NCBI GenBank assembly: GCA_009779745.1
Contig: WRDR01000006.1
Location: 3,469-67,468 of the forward strand
Direction: 5' to 3'
Length of the DNA: 64,000 nt
Origin: Alphaproteobacteria bacterium
GTDB taxonomy: Bacteria; Pseudomonadota; Alphaproteobacteria; UBA9219
Made by a program: the position numbers and the translations under genes. Shown here piece after piece: positions 39,243-53,005 of this stretch. Under the pieces are notes generated by a model. It was not told the origin of the DNA. It worked only from the letters and a program-made list of their open reading frames with translations, and did no database searches. Every line of letters begins with the position of its first letter. Position 1 is the first letter of the stretch.

Positions 39243-40883
39243 TCACATTCCCTCCTCAAACGGCAGCGGCTTTGTTCTGCAGTTACGGAACATATCTAAA
39301 TTGCGGTCATACTCCTTGGTTTGTATTTCCAATAATCCTAAAATAGAATGAAACAGATTATCGTGGGAATATATGTTTTGTTTAGCTTCTTTTTTCATAC
39401 AGCCATAATCTACGTAATCAAACGTTTTCATATTTTCATTCATCCATAAAATCATAGGCACTTCTGTTTGCTCTGTAGGAGCAATTTTGTAGGGCATTCC
39501 GTGCAGGTAAACATTGTTTTCGCCAAGCGATTCCCCATGATCCGATACATATGCCAATCCGGCTTCGTACTGCGGAAATTTCTTTAAGATATCGATAGCG
39601 GAAGACACAATATAATCTGTGTACAAAATAGTGTTGTCATAAGTATTCACTATTTGCGGCAGAGTACAGTTTTGAATATCCGCCGTATCGCATGTTGGAG
39701 TGAATTTCTTAAATTCATCGGGATAACGCTGATAATAGGTCGGACCATGAGACCCCATAGTGTGCAGAACAATCACAGTGTCTTGTTGGATGTTTTTCAG
39801 AATATCTTCTAAGCCCTCCAGCATCACGCCGTCATAACAATATTTGCCGTTGCAGTATTTGGGATTGTTTGTTTTGATCATATGCTCTACGTCTTCAATT
39901 CTGTCGCATACGCCTTTGCATCCGTCATCATTTTCTTTCCAAATAATATGGTAGCCGGTTTTTTGCAGCAAATCCATTAGGTTTTCCGTATATTTTGCCT
40001 CTGTAGAATTGAAATTAGAACGCAACATATGTGAAAACATACACGGCACGGAAACAGACGTTGTGGTTCCGCATGAAGTTACTTCCTGAAAATAGATAAT
40101 GTCCTGTTTTTTTAAGAGAGGATTTGTTTCTTTGTGATAGCCGCTCAATGAAAAGTTGTCTGCCCGCGCTGTTTCGCCCAGCACAAAAATCAAAACAGTA
40201 TAATGTTCGTCTTCATACGGCACATGTTTTGCATCTTCATCTAGGATTTTAAATTCTCGATGGGCTACATTCAATCGCTTGGCATAACTGATTGTTCCGG
40301 CCGCAACATTCACAATGTTAATCAGTCCTTTGATTTGTTTATGATTGCGCCCGACAGCAGCATATTCTTTGAAAGACATGCCGATTAATAATGCCAAAAT
40401 TAATACGGCAATAATGATTTTAATGCTTCTGCGCTTTAGTTCCTGCCTGAAAGATTGGTACTCTATCTTTGAAAAAATAAGTAAAATGCTGGGAGCAATA
40501 CCTGTTAACAACACCCAGAACAACAAAGAAGGCGTGATTAAATCAAATGCCTCTCGGGTGTTGGTTTCCAAGGCATTTTGAATCATATGCCTGTCAATGT
40601 AAATGCCGTAATGCACCATCATAAAATTGGTTATGCTGCCCAATACCAGCAAAGCAATTAAAAGCGGCTTTGCCGCTTTTTTAACGATAAGCAAGTTGAA
40701 GATTAAGAACAGCGGAATGGCAATAAAAAAGATAAGAGAAAAAACAAACCAAGCTGTTTGCCAGTTGGTTATTTCAAGATTTTGCCATATGAAGCGCCAG
40801 AAACTGATGTTCAGAACTGATGCGAAATAAATAGTCGCAGAATAAATCAGAACCGAGCCTTTAATATTAAAATAAATTTTCAT
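39243..40883 (-). CDS. eptA: phosphoethanolamine transferase (EptA/MCR-like, lipid A modification)
   Basis: 546 aa with a five-TM N-domain and a sulfatase-like periplasmic domain. Confidence 0.75.
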   Translation of the reverse strand: MKIYFNIKGSVLIYSATIYFASVLNISFWRFIWQNLEITNWQTAWFVFSLIFFIAIPLFLIFNLLIVKKAAKPLLIALLVLGSITNFMMVHYGIYIDRHMIQNALETNTREAFDLITPSLLFWVLLTGIAPSILLIFSKIEYQSFRQELKRRSIKIIIAVLILALLIGMSFKEYAAVGRNHKQIKGLINIVNVAAGTISYAKRLNVAHREFKILDEDAKHVPYEDEHYTVLIFVLGETARADNFSLSGYHKETNPLLKKQDIIYFQEVTSCGTTTSVSVPCMFSHMLRSNFNSTEAKYTENLMDLLQKTGYHIIWKENDDGCKGVCDRIEDVEHMIKTNNPKYCNGKYCYDGVMLEGLEDILKNIQQDTVIVLHTMGSHGPTYYQRYPDEFKKFTPTCDTADIQNCTLPQIVNTYDNTILYTDYIVSSAIDILKKFPQYEAGLAYVSDHGESLGENNVYLHGMPYKIAPTEQTEVPMILWMNENMKTFDYVDYGCMKKEAKQNIYSHDNLFHSILGLLEIQTKEYDRNLDMFRNCRTKPLPFEEGM

Positions 40884-41267
40884 CTAACCTCTGAAATAAA
40901 TGGGATATAAAATAATTCCCCAAGTCAAAAACATATTTATAAACGCTAATAGAACCAACATGCTGCCGATGTCTTTGGCTTTTTTGGATAGACTGTGAAA
41001 TTCTTCGCCGATTCTGTCAATAACAGCCTCAATAGCTGAATTGAGCAGCTCTATGATTAAAATCAGCAGCAGAGAAAAAGACATAAACGCCAGTTCAATT
41101 CCGCGAACCGGCAGAAAAACTAAAATAACAGCGGCAAAAAAGCAAAAAAGCAGCTCCTGCCTGAAAGCAGCTTCTGTTTTAAATACGGCAATAAAGCCGT
41201 CATACGAATAGCCGAATGCTTTTAATATGCGCTCTAAACCCTTGTAGGGCGATTTCATGGCAATCAC
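40884..41267 (-). CDS. dgkA: diacylglycerol kinase
   Basis: 127 aa three-TM protein ('IEAVIDRIGEEFH'). Its stop abuts the eptA start. Confidence 0.75.
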   Translation of the reverse strand: MIAMKSPYKGLERILKAFGYSYDGFIAVFKTEAAFRQELLFCFFAAVILVFLPVRGIELAFMSFSLLLILIIELLNSAIEAVIDRIGEEFHSLSKKAKDIGSMLVLLAFINMFLTWGIILYPIYFRG

Positions 41268-41373
41268 TTTTGTTGCAGGTTATAAACCCAGAAGATGTTA
41301 TTAATACTTCAGTATGCCTTAATCTGCAAGCAGAATTCTTAATTCCTAATTTTCCATTTTCCATTCTACATTT

Positions 41374-44100
41374 TTAAAACCTCACCCTAACTCCCACATT
41401 CCCCGAAACGCCCTCATAAACAGAGCCTTTTTCATAAGACACATCGCCGTACATGTAAGCATTGTCTGTCAGCTGCGCATTTAGCCCGACAGATACTTCT
41501 CCGCCGACTCCGCTTACATCGGATTTCATGTTTGCGCCGGCAAATTTAATATTCGTTTTTCCCAGCCATTCATTGTATACGCCAAGCTCAACAAACGGCT
41601 TGATTTTGGATTTTTTCCCTTCCGGCAAATATGCGGCCTGCACGCGGAAGCTCGTCAGCAAGCTCTGCGTAGTATTATACTGTATGACGCTCGTTGCGCT
41701 TGTAACGGTCTGCTTTTTACCGGCATATGCGTATTGGAGTTCAGCTTTAGGCTCGATCAGGAATTGAGATTCATTCGCATAGGATTGTGCCCAAGCCGGC
41801 GCATCATAATACAGTGCCTTGCCGGCTTCAAGACTGCCGGTAATAAAATTACGGCGTGCGTCAAATGTTATAGGCTTTCCGGAAGCCAAAATATTCTTCA
41901 TGTCCATCATCACCCAAAAATGGCGCATTGTAGCATCGGCGAACCACCCGCTGTCGTTGAACCATGTGGCATAAAGTCCTGCGCTTGGAACATTGCCATG
42001 ACCTGAGCCGTCAAACTCGTTGTCTTGGTCGATTCGGATATTTCCTGCGTGCATATATCCGCCCATAGCACCGACATACAGCCTGCCTTGTTCTATGGGG
42101 ATTTCCGCATCAATGCCTGCTTCCATGCCGCCAAGGTTCATGCGGGCGGAGATTTTTTCATCTACGTTAAGGTGTTTTCCATATGCGCGCGCCCATAAGC
42201 CGGCTCCGTTGCCGCCGCTCTCAGAGCGTAAATCGCCGAGACGTTTGCGCAGTTCGTTCATGCCTGTTTTCACAACGGACAAGTGCAAAGCAGGCATATT
42301 CGCAATGGTTTTGCCGATGTTCGATTCTCCTCCTTGATTGAATCTGTAATATCCCGGTTGACCCTCGTTTTGCAGCGAAGTTATGGTATACTCATATGCT
42401 CCGGAGTCCAAAATAGTTTGCGTAGTCGTAAAGCCATAGCCGCCAATATCTCCGCCGAACACCTGCACATCGAATGTTTCCGCTGTCGGGCTGTTAAAGG
42501 CGTTAAAGCTGCTTACATTCAGCGTGCCGCTCCCGCTTCCTGTTGTGATATTGAATAAATCAGACGTGAACGCCGCGCCGTCCAAATCAATAAAAAAGTT
42601 GTTCACGCCTGCCGCAGTCAGCGAGGCAATACTAAAGGTGTTAACCTGATTGTTGATAGTATTGACCGCCATATTGTTCAAACTTAGTATTCCCAAATTG
42701 ACTGCCGCTGTATTCTGCCAGAGATTCAATGTCGAGTTGGAATAGTTGTTTCCCAGAGCGTTTTCAAAAAACTGTCCGTAGAAAGTAGTTGTACCGCCGG
42801 AAGCATTAAACGTGCCGGTAAAGTTGGTATTGAGGGCATTTGCTCCGAAAGTAAGTATGCCGCCGTTAGTCTTGTTGATAGCGGTTGTTGCGCCGATTGC
42901 TGCAGCATTGGCAAGACCGCCTTCAAAAACAGTTTCGCCTGCCGCACCGTTTATGTTTATGTTCAGAGTTGCGTTGGCGGTTCCGTTCAGATAAATATCA
43001 TTGTTGCCGCTTGAATCCGTATTGCCGGTAAACAAAGTTGTGCCGCCTGTAGTGGTAATGTTCATAGTAGCCTGAGCTGTTCCGCTTGCCTGCGTGTTAT
43101 GCACCTGAAAGTTTATTGCGCCGCCTAAACCGCCGGCAGTATTGGTCGAAAACTCAACATTGTCTCCTATATTCATAGTGTTGATATCAGTGCCGGTTGC
43201 AATGCTGTATATTCTGGAATAAATCGCTCCGCCTGTGCCGCTGGATTCATTGTTAGAGAAGGTTGTTCCGCTCGCAATAGTCAAAGTACTGTCGGCATTG
43301 CTTGTAGCCGAGGCATTGTAAAAATCCTTATAAATAGCACCGCCGCCATATCCGGTTCCGGTAGTTGAGACAGTATTTGTGTCGAAGGTTGCGTTATCGC
43401 CGATGCTTATCACGGAACCGCCTTGATTGCTTGTGTTGTATATGGATATTGCACCTCCTCCGACTCCGGCAAGAGTGTTGTTATTATAAAAATATGAGTT
43501 GGTGCCTATGGTCAAAAGTAAACTGTTTGCAACACCTGTTGTGCTGAAGGCTATGGCACCGCCGGTAGCTGTTGAATGGTTATTGTCAAAAGTTACTCTG
43601 TTGCCGATAACAAGAGAGGCAGGATTATAAACCGGCGGAGAACCGGAACTTCCGCCGCCTGTCCATATGGCTGCTCCGCCAGTGGTTCTGTAAAAATTTG
43701 AGAAAGTCAGTCCGTCTCCGATAGTAATAGTTTTGGCTACAGACGGGTCGTTTCTGATCACTAAATCGTTGAACAAACCGCCGCCGTCTAAAACAAACCC
43801 GTCTCCGAAGATAGAGTAGGCGGCAGCCGCCTGCTGCCAAGACCCTGCGCCGGTGTTTGGAATGCTGGCGGTAAAAGTAATGTTGTCTGTCAGCGTGATT
43901 GAGGTATCGCCTGTGGTCAGTGCCGTTTCAAGTTCGCTGAAAGTAGCAACGTTTGCTGCATATGCAATATTTATGCTGCCGATTAATGCGGCTGTTGACA
44001 TTGCAAGACCGCTTATTTTTGAGAACGCCATTTTCCCTCCCCTAATTTTGGTATGTGCGTTCAGTCTAATTTTCTGTTTTTTTGAAAACAATGCGTGCAT
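41374..44100 (-). CDS. autotransporter outer-membrane protein with a Pmp-like passenger (GGA[ILV] and FxxN repeats)
   Basis: Extended signal peptide, multiple 'GGAI' motifs (ATGGAIAF, VGGGAISIY, GGGAIYKDF, TGGAIYSRIY, GGLGGAINF) and 'FxxN' motifs (FSNN, FDNN, FYNN, FDTN, FSTN, FTGN). C-terminal beta-barrel ends '...VRVRF'. Confidence 0.7.
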   Translation of the reverse strand: MHALFSKKQKIRLNAHTKIRGGKMAFSKISGLAMSTAALIGSINIAYAANVATFSELETALTTGDTSITLTDNITFTASIPNTGAGSWQQAAAAYSIFGDGFVLDGGGLFNDLVIRNDPSVAKTITIGDGLTFSNFYRTTGGAAIWTGGGSSGSPPVYNPASLVIGNRVTFDNNHSTATGGAIAFSTTGVANSLLLTIGTNSYFYNNNTLAGVGGGAISIYNTSNQGGSVISIGDNATFDTNTVSTTGTGYGGGAIYKDFYNASATSNADSTLTIASGTTFSNNESSGTGGAIYSRIYSIATGTDINTMNIGDNVEFSTNTAGGLGGAINFQVHNTQASGTAQATMNITTTGGTTLFTGNTDSSGNNDIYLNGTANATLNININGAAGETVFEGGLANAAAIGATTAINKTNGGILTFGANALNTNFTGTFNASGGTTTFYGQFFENALGNNYSNSTLNLWQNTAAVNLGILSLNNMAVNTINNQVNTFSIASLTAAGVNNFFIDLDGAAFTSDLFNITTGSGSGTLNVSSFNAFNSPTAETFDVQVFGGDIGGYGFTTTQTILDSGAYEYTITSLQNEGQPGYYRFNQGGESNIGKTIANMPALHLSVVKTGMNELRKRLGDLRSESGGNGAGLWARAYGKHLNVDEKISARMNLGGMEAGIDAEIPIEQGRLYVGAMGGYMHAGNIRIDQDNEFDGSGHGNVPSAGLYATWFNDSGWFADATMRHFWVMMDMKNILASGKPITFDARRNFITGSLEAGKALYYDAPAWAQSYANESQFLIEPKAELQYAYAGKKQTVTSATSVIQYNTTQSLLTSFRVQAAYLPEGKKSKIKPFVELGVYNEWLGKTNIKFAGANMKSDVSGVGGEVSVGLNAQLTDNAYMYGDVSYEKGSVYEGVSGNVGVRVRF

Positions 44101-44215
44101 ACCGCGCTATTAGGACAGTGCAGGGGGCATGGCTTACTTGGAGGGGATCGAGGTAAATAATAAAGTTGAAGGTGAAAATATTTCCATTTTCAACTTTCCG
44201 CATTTCAATTTATTT

Positions 44216-44302
44216 TGGTGCCCTGGAGAAGACTCGAACTTCCACGACCTTGCGATCGCTAGCACCTGAAGCTAGTGCGTCTACCAATTCCGCCACCAGG
44301 GC
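44216..44302 (-). tRNA. tRNA-Leu (anticodon CAG)
   Basis: 87 nt. Rev-comp GCCCTGGTGGCGGAATTGGTAGACGC...CTTCAGGT...GTTCGAGTC...CAGGGCACCA. Has a long variable arm, anticodon loop 'UUCAGGU' and an encoded CCA. Confidence 0.85.
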
Positions 44303-44346
44303 ACAAACAGCCTCACATACCACAAATCACTTCCAAATTCAAAGCC

Positions 44347-45227
44347 TTAATTTTCCATTTCACACTTCTCCACCCACCACTTGGGACGTATGGTTTTTAT
44401 CTGTGCTGCTGCTGAATTCGCAGACATCTCGTCCGGATATATGCCGAAACAGGTGGCACCGCTGCCGGACATGCGGGCGAACAGGCAATTGTCAGAGGCT
44501 TCCAGCATGGTTATTATCTCGGATATTTCAGGCAGCAAGGTTAATGCTGGTTTATATAAGTCGTTATTTCTTTTCTTTAATTCCGCTACCAGCTCATATA
44601 CGGTCTCCGGCTTGTTTTCCAGCTGAAATTTCGGTGAGAACGGATAATTTCCCTCTCTGTACGCCTTGTATACCGCTGGAGTTGGAACTCCTTTACAAGG
44701 GTTAATCAACACTACATGTGTTTTTGGTAAAGGAAAGCTTTTTTCTGTGCCCTCGGCTGTGATGTATACGCTGTCCGTGTGCAAACATACAGGCACATCT
44801 TCGCCTAGCTCTTTTGCCGCTTCTAAAATGCGTTCGTCATCTTTTGAGAGTCCCCACATTCTTGCCAGCAATCTTAATGTTGCCGCAGCATCTGCCGAAC
44901 CTCCTCCTATGCCTGATGCCAGAGGCAGGTTTTTTATCAGCACCAAATGCCCTTTCAGCGGATTGCCTGTAAGTCTGGATAAAGACAGAGTCGCTTTTAT
45001 TACTAGGTTGTCTTTCATATCGCCGGCATTGAGCTCTTCCCCAAATCTTCCGGAAATCTCGAAACTAAAATCCTTAGCCTCTCTTATAGCCAGCTCATCT
45101 CCTACAGACGAAAACGCTGCTAGACTATCCAAATTATGATAGCCGTTTTCCCGCCTTCCTGTAATATTAAGATACAGATTTAACTTCGCCGGTGCAAACT
45201 CTCTTAGAATACTCATTTTCCATTCCC

Positions 45228-45231
<4 letters not shown>
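44347..45231 (-). CDS. ispE: 4-diphosphocytidyl-2-C-methyl-D-erythritol kinase
   Basis: GHMP kinase motif 'LPLASGIGGGSADAAA' in a 294 aa ORF. The C-terminal 'CEMEN*' is encoded by repeat-like sequence. Confidence 0.85.
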
Positions 45232-45709
<478 letters not shown>

Positions 45710-45715
45710 CCCTCC

Positions 45716-47823
<2,108 letters not shown>

Positions 47824-47837
47824 TTTGAATTTCCATT

Positions 47838-49112
<1,275 letters not shown>

Positions 49113-49156
49113 ATGTTATAAGAGCTCTTGTGCAAACCTTTTTAAGATAGAAAATA

Positions 49157-50692
49157 ATGCTCTCCTCCTCCCTCACAGTCGCCTTCGAAGGAACCTCTGC
49201 TTTTACAATCAATGTTCAGGTGCTGGTTTCCAGCGGGAAAGCAGTAATGAACATAGTTGGTTTACCGGACAAGGCTGTTGGCGAAAGTAAAGAACGGGTG
49301 CGCGCAGCTCTATTATCTATGGGAGTAGATTTGCCGTCAATACATATTTCTGTGAATTTGGCACCTGCGGATGTCATTAAAGAGGGCACTCATTTTGACT
49401 TACCCATAGCGGTTGCATTGTTGGGAGCTTTGGGAGTCGTGCCTCAGGAGACTGTTTCGGAGTATTTATTTTTAGGCGAATTAGGCTTGGACGGAAAAAT
49501 ATCTCAAGTGTCCGGAGTTCTGCCTGCCGCCATACACGCTAAAAGTTTGAGCAAAGGCATAATCTGTCCTCCTAATAACAGCGCAGAGGCTTTATGGGCA
49601 AGCGGAATTTCTGTTCTGGCTCCTCCTTCTTTAAAGGCTCTGGTCAGGCATTTTAAGGGCGAAGATATTCTTGTGCCTCCGGAGCAGTCTTTGAAATTGT
49701 CAACAATGTCGTATCCTGATTTGAGCGATATTAAGGGACAGGAGACAGCAAAACGAGTCTTGGAAATCGCAGCCGCCGGCGGTCATAATCTTCTGATGAC
49801 AGGACCTCCGGGTTCCGGCAAAAGCATGTTAGCCTCAAGATTAATCGGAATACTTCCTCCTATGGAGCCGGAAGAGGCTTTGGAAGTGTCTATGATACAC
49901 TCTGTTTCCGGAATGCTGGGGGAAGGGGGCATAGTTCATCAAAGACCGTTCAGAGATCCGCATCATTCTGCGTCTCTGCCCGCTCTGATAGGAGGAGGAC
50001 AGAAAGCGCGCCCCGGAGAAGTTTCTCTTGCGCACAACGGAGTTTTGTTTCTGGACGAGCTGCCTGAATTCCAAAGGTCAGCACTGGAAGCACTAAGACA
50101 GCCTATAGAGAGCGGGAAAGCAGTTGTAGCAAGAGCTAATAATCATGTTACATATCCTGCCAGATTTCAGCTAATTGCCGCAATGAATCCTTGCCGCTGC
50201 GGGTACATGAATGATGCGAAAAGGTCATGCGGAAAAGCCCCGAAGTGCGCCATAGATTATCAGTCTAAAATTTCAGGACCTATCTTTGACAGAATAGATT
50301 GCCACATAGAAGTGCCTGCAGTGAGTGCTATGGATTTAGGGCTGCCTTCCAATGCGGAAAGCTCTAAGGATATAGCGGCAAGAGTGATAAGAGCTAGGAA
50401 GATACAAAAAGAACGGTATGCGGAGATAGCGAAAAAGCATAATATGTCCAAATCGCAGCTGCCGAGAACAAATGCACTGGCGGACGGCAAGCTGCTGGAA
50501 GAAGCGGTGGCTATAAATGACGATGCCAGAGCGGTTTTAGTAAAGGCAGTGGATACATTGCAGCTATCTGCCAGAGGGTATCATCGTATTTTGAGAGTGG
50601 CAAGAACGCTTGCGGACTTGGAAGGCAAAGACACAGTGACAGGGTTTCATGTGTCTGAGGTCGTTAGTTACAGACAAATAAGAGCATCTTAA
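49157..50692 (+). CDS. comM: Mg-chelatase-like AAA+ ATPase YifB/ComM
   Basis: Walker A 'GPPGSGKSM' and a Lon-like N-terminal domain in a 511 aa ORF. Confidence 0.85.
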   Translation: MLSSSLTVAFEGTSAFTINVQVLVSSGKAVMNIVGLPDKAVGESKERVRAALLSMGVDLPSIHISVNLAPADVIKEGTHFDLPIAVALLGALGVVPQETVSEYLFLGELGLDGKISQVSGVLPAAIHAKSLSKGIICPPNNSAEALWASGISVLAPPSLKALVRHFKGEDILVPPEQSLKLSTMSYPDLSDIKGQETAKRVLEIAAAGGHNLLMTGPPGSGKSMLASRLIGILPPMEPEEALEVSMIHSVSGMLGEGGIVHQRPFRDPHHSASLPALIGGGQKARPGEVSLAHNGVLFLDELPEFQRSALEALRQPIESGKAVVARANNHVTYPARFQLIAAMNPCRCGYMNDAKRSCGKAPKCAIDYQSKISGPIFDRIDCHIEVPAVSAMDLGLPSNAESSKDIAARVIRARKIQKERYAEIAKKHNMSKSQLPRTNALADGKLLEEAVAINDDARAVLVKAVDTLQLSARGYHRILRVARTLADLEGKDTVTGFHVSEVVSYRQIRAS

Positions 50693-50702
50693 AAGGAGCA
50701 TG

Positions 50703-50858
50703 GAGTGTTTAGAGTGGAATTGTTAGTGATTGGCGGTTGCTGTACCCCCATTTGTCATTCCCGCGAAGGCGGGAATAGGGCAACAAACAAAAAGACTCAA
50801 AACTTCGCAGAGCGAAGTTTTTCAATAACTCCACACTCCACACTCCACATTTCACACT
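50703..50858. repeat. MITE-like composite repeat, copy 4 (GGCGGTTGCTGTACCCCCA, TGTCATTCCCGCGAAGGCGGGAAT, AAAACTTCGCAGAGCGAAGTTTTT, (CCACACT)x3)
   Basis: Shares its core and flanks with the copies at 27422, 31452 and 39115. Confidence 0.75.
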
Positions 50859-50879
50859 CAAAAACGAAAGAAAAACAAA

Positions 50880-52715
50880 GTGGAAGAAAACTTTAGAGCT
50901 TTTCTGGAAGAAATAAGAGACAGAATAACGCTGTCGCACGTGATAGGAAAATCAGTAAGACTGGTGCGTGCAGGCAGAGAGTACAAAAGCTGCTGTCCGT
51001 TTCATGAGGAAAAAACGCCTAGTTTTTACGTGAATGATGAGAAAAAATTCTACCATTGTTTTGGCTGCGGAGCGCACGGGGATATAGTAGGCTGGACTAT
51101 GAGGGTGAAGAACCTGAACTTCATAGAAGCTGTAGAAAGTTTGGCACTGGAAGCGGGGCTGCAAGTACCAAGAAAAAGCATAACTGATGACAGGCATTAT
51201 GAAAAAGAAAAACAGCTTTACAACATAACGGAAAAAGCAGCCGCATGGTTTGAAGAGCAGTTGTTTTCTGCGGAAGGAAAACAAGCGTTGACGTATCTGA
51301 GGGGCAGGGGGCTGAGTGACGAGGGCATAAAGAAATTTCATATAGGATATACGCCTGCAAGCGGACAAGCCTTCATCAGCAAGATGAAGCAAAATGGTTT
51401 TGCAAATAAAGAACTTTTAGAGCTTGGACTGATTAAGCGGTCGGAAAATTCGGAAGAGTATTACAGTTTTTTCAGAAACAGAATAATGTTTCCGGTCGTA
51501 GACAAAAGAGGGCGTCCCATAGCTTTCGGCGCAAGAATATTAGGCGATGGAATGCCTAAATATTTGAACTCTCCTGACAGCCCCCTGTTCCGCAAAGGCA
51601 ATCTGCTGTACGGACTGTCAAGGGCGCGTACTGCCGCATCTCAGGGGCACCCGATAATAGTCGTAGAAGGTTATATGGACGTTATATCTCTGGTTGAAAG
51701 CGGGTACGCCGGAGCAGTTGCGCCGTTAGGAACTGCTCTGACTGAAGCACAAATGGAAACGCTTTGGAAGCTGCTGCCTGCAGCGGAATACAAAAACCCG
51801 CGGATAGACTATACGCCGGTACTGTGCTTTGACGGAGACGAAGCCGGAGTCAAAGCTGCCGAACGTTCTGTAACCAGAGCTTTGCCGTTGTTAGCCTCAG
51901 ACCACTCATTCAGAATTGCTAAAATCACCGGAGCCAAAGACCCGGACGAGCTTATAAGAAAGGTTGGAAAAACTGCTTTTGATGCTATACTGAAACAGGC
52001 ACTTCCCATAGCGGATATGGTATGGCAAATGTCGTTAAGCAACAGAAGTATCAGAACGCCGGAAGATGCAGGCAGTTTTTTGAAAGCGATAAAAAGCAAA
52101 ATAGCGTTGATTAACGATAAGGAGCTGCGGAATCTTTACTGGCTGGATTTAAAGGGCAGGTATGACGAATTTTTGAAAAATAATTTCGGACGCAGCGACA
52201 GCATAAAACACAATACGGCAACAGAACCTTCCATAGTAAGAACCCTGCCTGGCGATAAGAATTACAAAAGGGAAAGAGGCATACTGGCTATAATTCTGAA
52301 TCACCCTGAGATTTACGATGACTTCGCGGAAACTATCGGAGTTATGGAGTTTACGTCTAAAGATTTTATTTCTTTGAGAGACGATATAGTGTCGTATATG
52401 GCAAGCCATGAAAGCGGGGTTCCTGCGCCTGAAGAGCTGATACGGGACATGATGCGCGCAGGCGGTTCTGATTTTGATTTTAGCAGGAAATCTTTGATAG
52501 AAGAAATGCTGAATCCGAAAACTATGTTCGGAGAGCTTTCCGGTGCGCGCAAGGAAGCGGATTCGGAGCAGGCGCGGCTTTCAATGAATGCGTTGATACA
52601 ATCTATAGAGCAGGACAAAATGAATCTTGAATATGAGAAGGCAAAAGAGGCATTTAAGAACAATCCGTCAGAAGAAAACGCCGCCCGTCTTTTGTCCTTT
52701 CCGGGCAGGCGGTGA
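50880..52715 (+). CDS. dnaG: DNA primase
   Basis: CHC2 zinc finger 'CCPFHEEKTPSFYV...CFGCGAHG' and Toprim 'VVEGYMDVISL' in a 611 aa ORF. Confidence 0.9.
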   Translation: MEENFRAFLEEIRDRITLSHVIGKSVRLVRAGREYKSCCPFHEEKTPSFYVNDEKKFYHCFGCGAHGDIVGWTMRVKNLNFIEAVESLALEAGLQVPRKSITDDRHYEKEKQLYNITEKAAAWFEEQLFSAEGKQALTYLRGRGLSDEGIKKFHIGYTPASGQAFISKMKQNGFANKELLELGLIKRSENSEEYYSFFRNRIMFPVVDKRGRPIAFGARILGDGMPKYLNSPDSPLFRKGNLLYGLSRARTAASQGHPIIVVEGYMDVISLVESGYAGAVAPLGTALTEAQMETLWKLLPAAEYKNPRIDYTPVLCFDGDEAGVKAAERSVTRALPLLASDHSFRIAKITGAKDPDELIRKVGKTAFDAILKQALPIADMVWQMSLSNRSIRTPEDAGSFLKAIKSKIALINDKELRNLYWLDLKGRYDEFLKNNFGRSDSIKHNTATEPSIVRTLPGDKNYKRERGILAIILNHPEIYDDFAETIGVMEFTSKDFISLRDDIVSYMASHESGVPAPEELIRDMMRAGGSDFDFSRKSLIEEMLNPKTMFGELSGARKEADSEQARLSMNALIQSIEQDKMNLEYEKAKEAFKNNPSEENAARLLSFPGRR

Positions 52716-52799
52716 GTGTCGATGTATTCCCCTTTTGTCCTTTCCGCACAGAATAATAAAAAATTATAGCATTTACCGAAAATCTGATTTATAACTATC

Positions 52800-53005
52800 A
52801 ACGTGGCAGATGACTACTGCCATGAGGGTTAGACTCCTCGTACCAAGTTGCTCTACCAGTCGCAAACAAGGAGCGTGAAAATTTGCACCCCCAACCTTCG
52901 GTTGGGGGGCTGCAAAATAAAGCGGTCTGTCCGCCGAATATGCACACTATCTTGGTATAGGGTCTAACCTCCAACCGCCTCTAGTCAAGGCGAACGGAGG
53001 CTGTT
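52800..53005 (+). promoter_or_regulatory. structured 5' leader of the glycine-rich gene. Contains a UUCG-capped 9-bp helix (CCCCCAACC-UUCG-GGUUGGGGG) and a helix pairing CCUCC (52968-52972) with the SD GGAGG (52996-53000)
   Basis: Helices found by eye, with no covariation data. Function inferred. Confidence 0.3.

Noticed and set aside
44166-44705. 179-aa + strand ORF
   Set aside because: It overlaps the tRNA-Leu gene and the 3' end of ispE on the other strand, and it is low-complexity.
52716-53005. Glycine riboswitch or tmRNA/SRP/RNase P RNA in the dnaG-downstream leader
   Set aside because: I could not find the conserved glycine-aptamer motifs or the signature sequences of tmRNA, 4.5S or RNase P. 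Only generic stable helices are evident.
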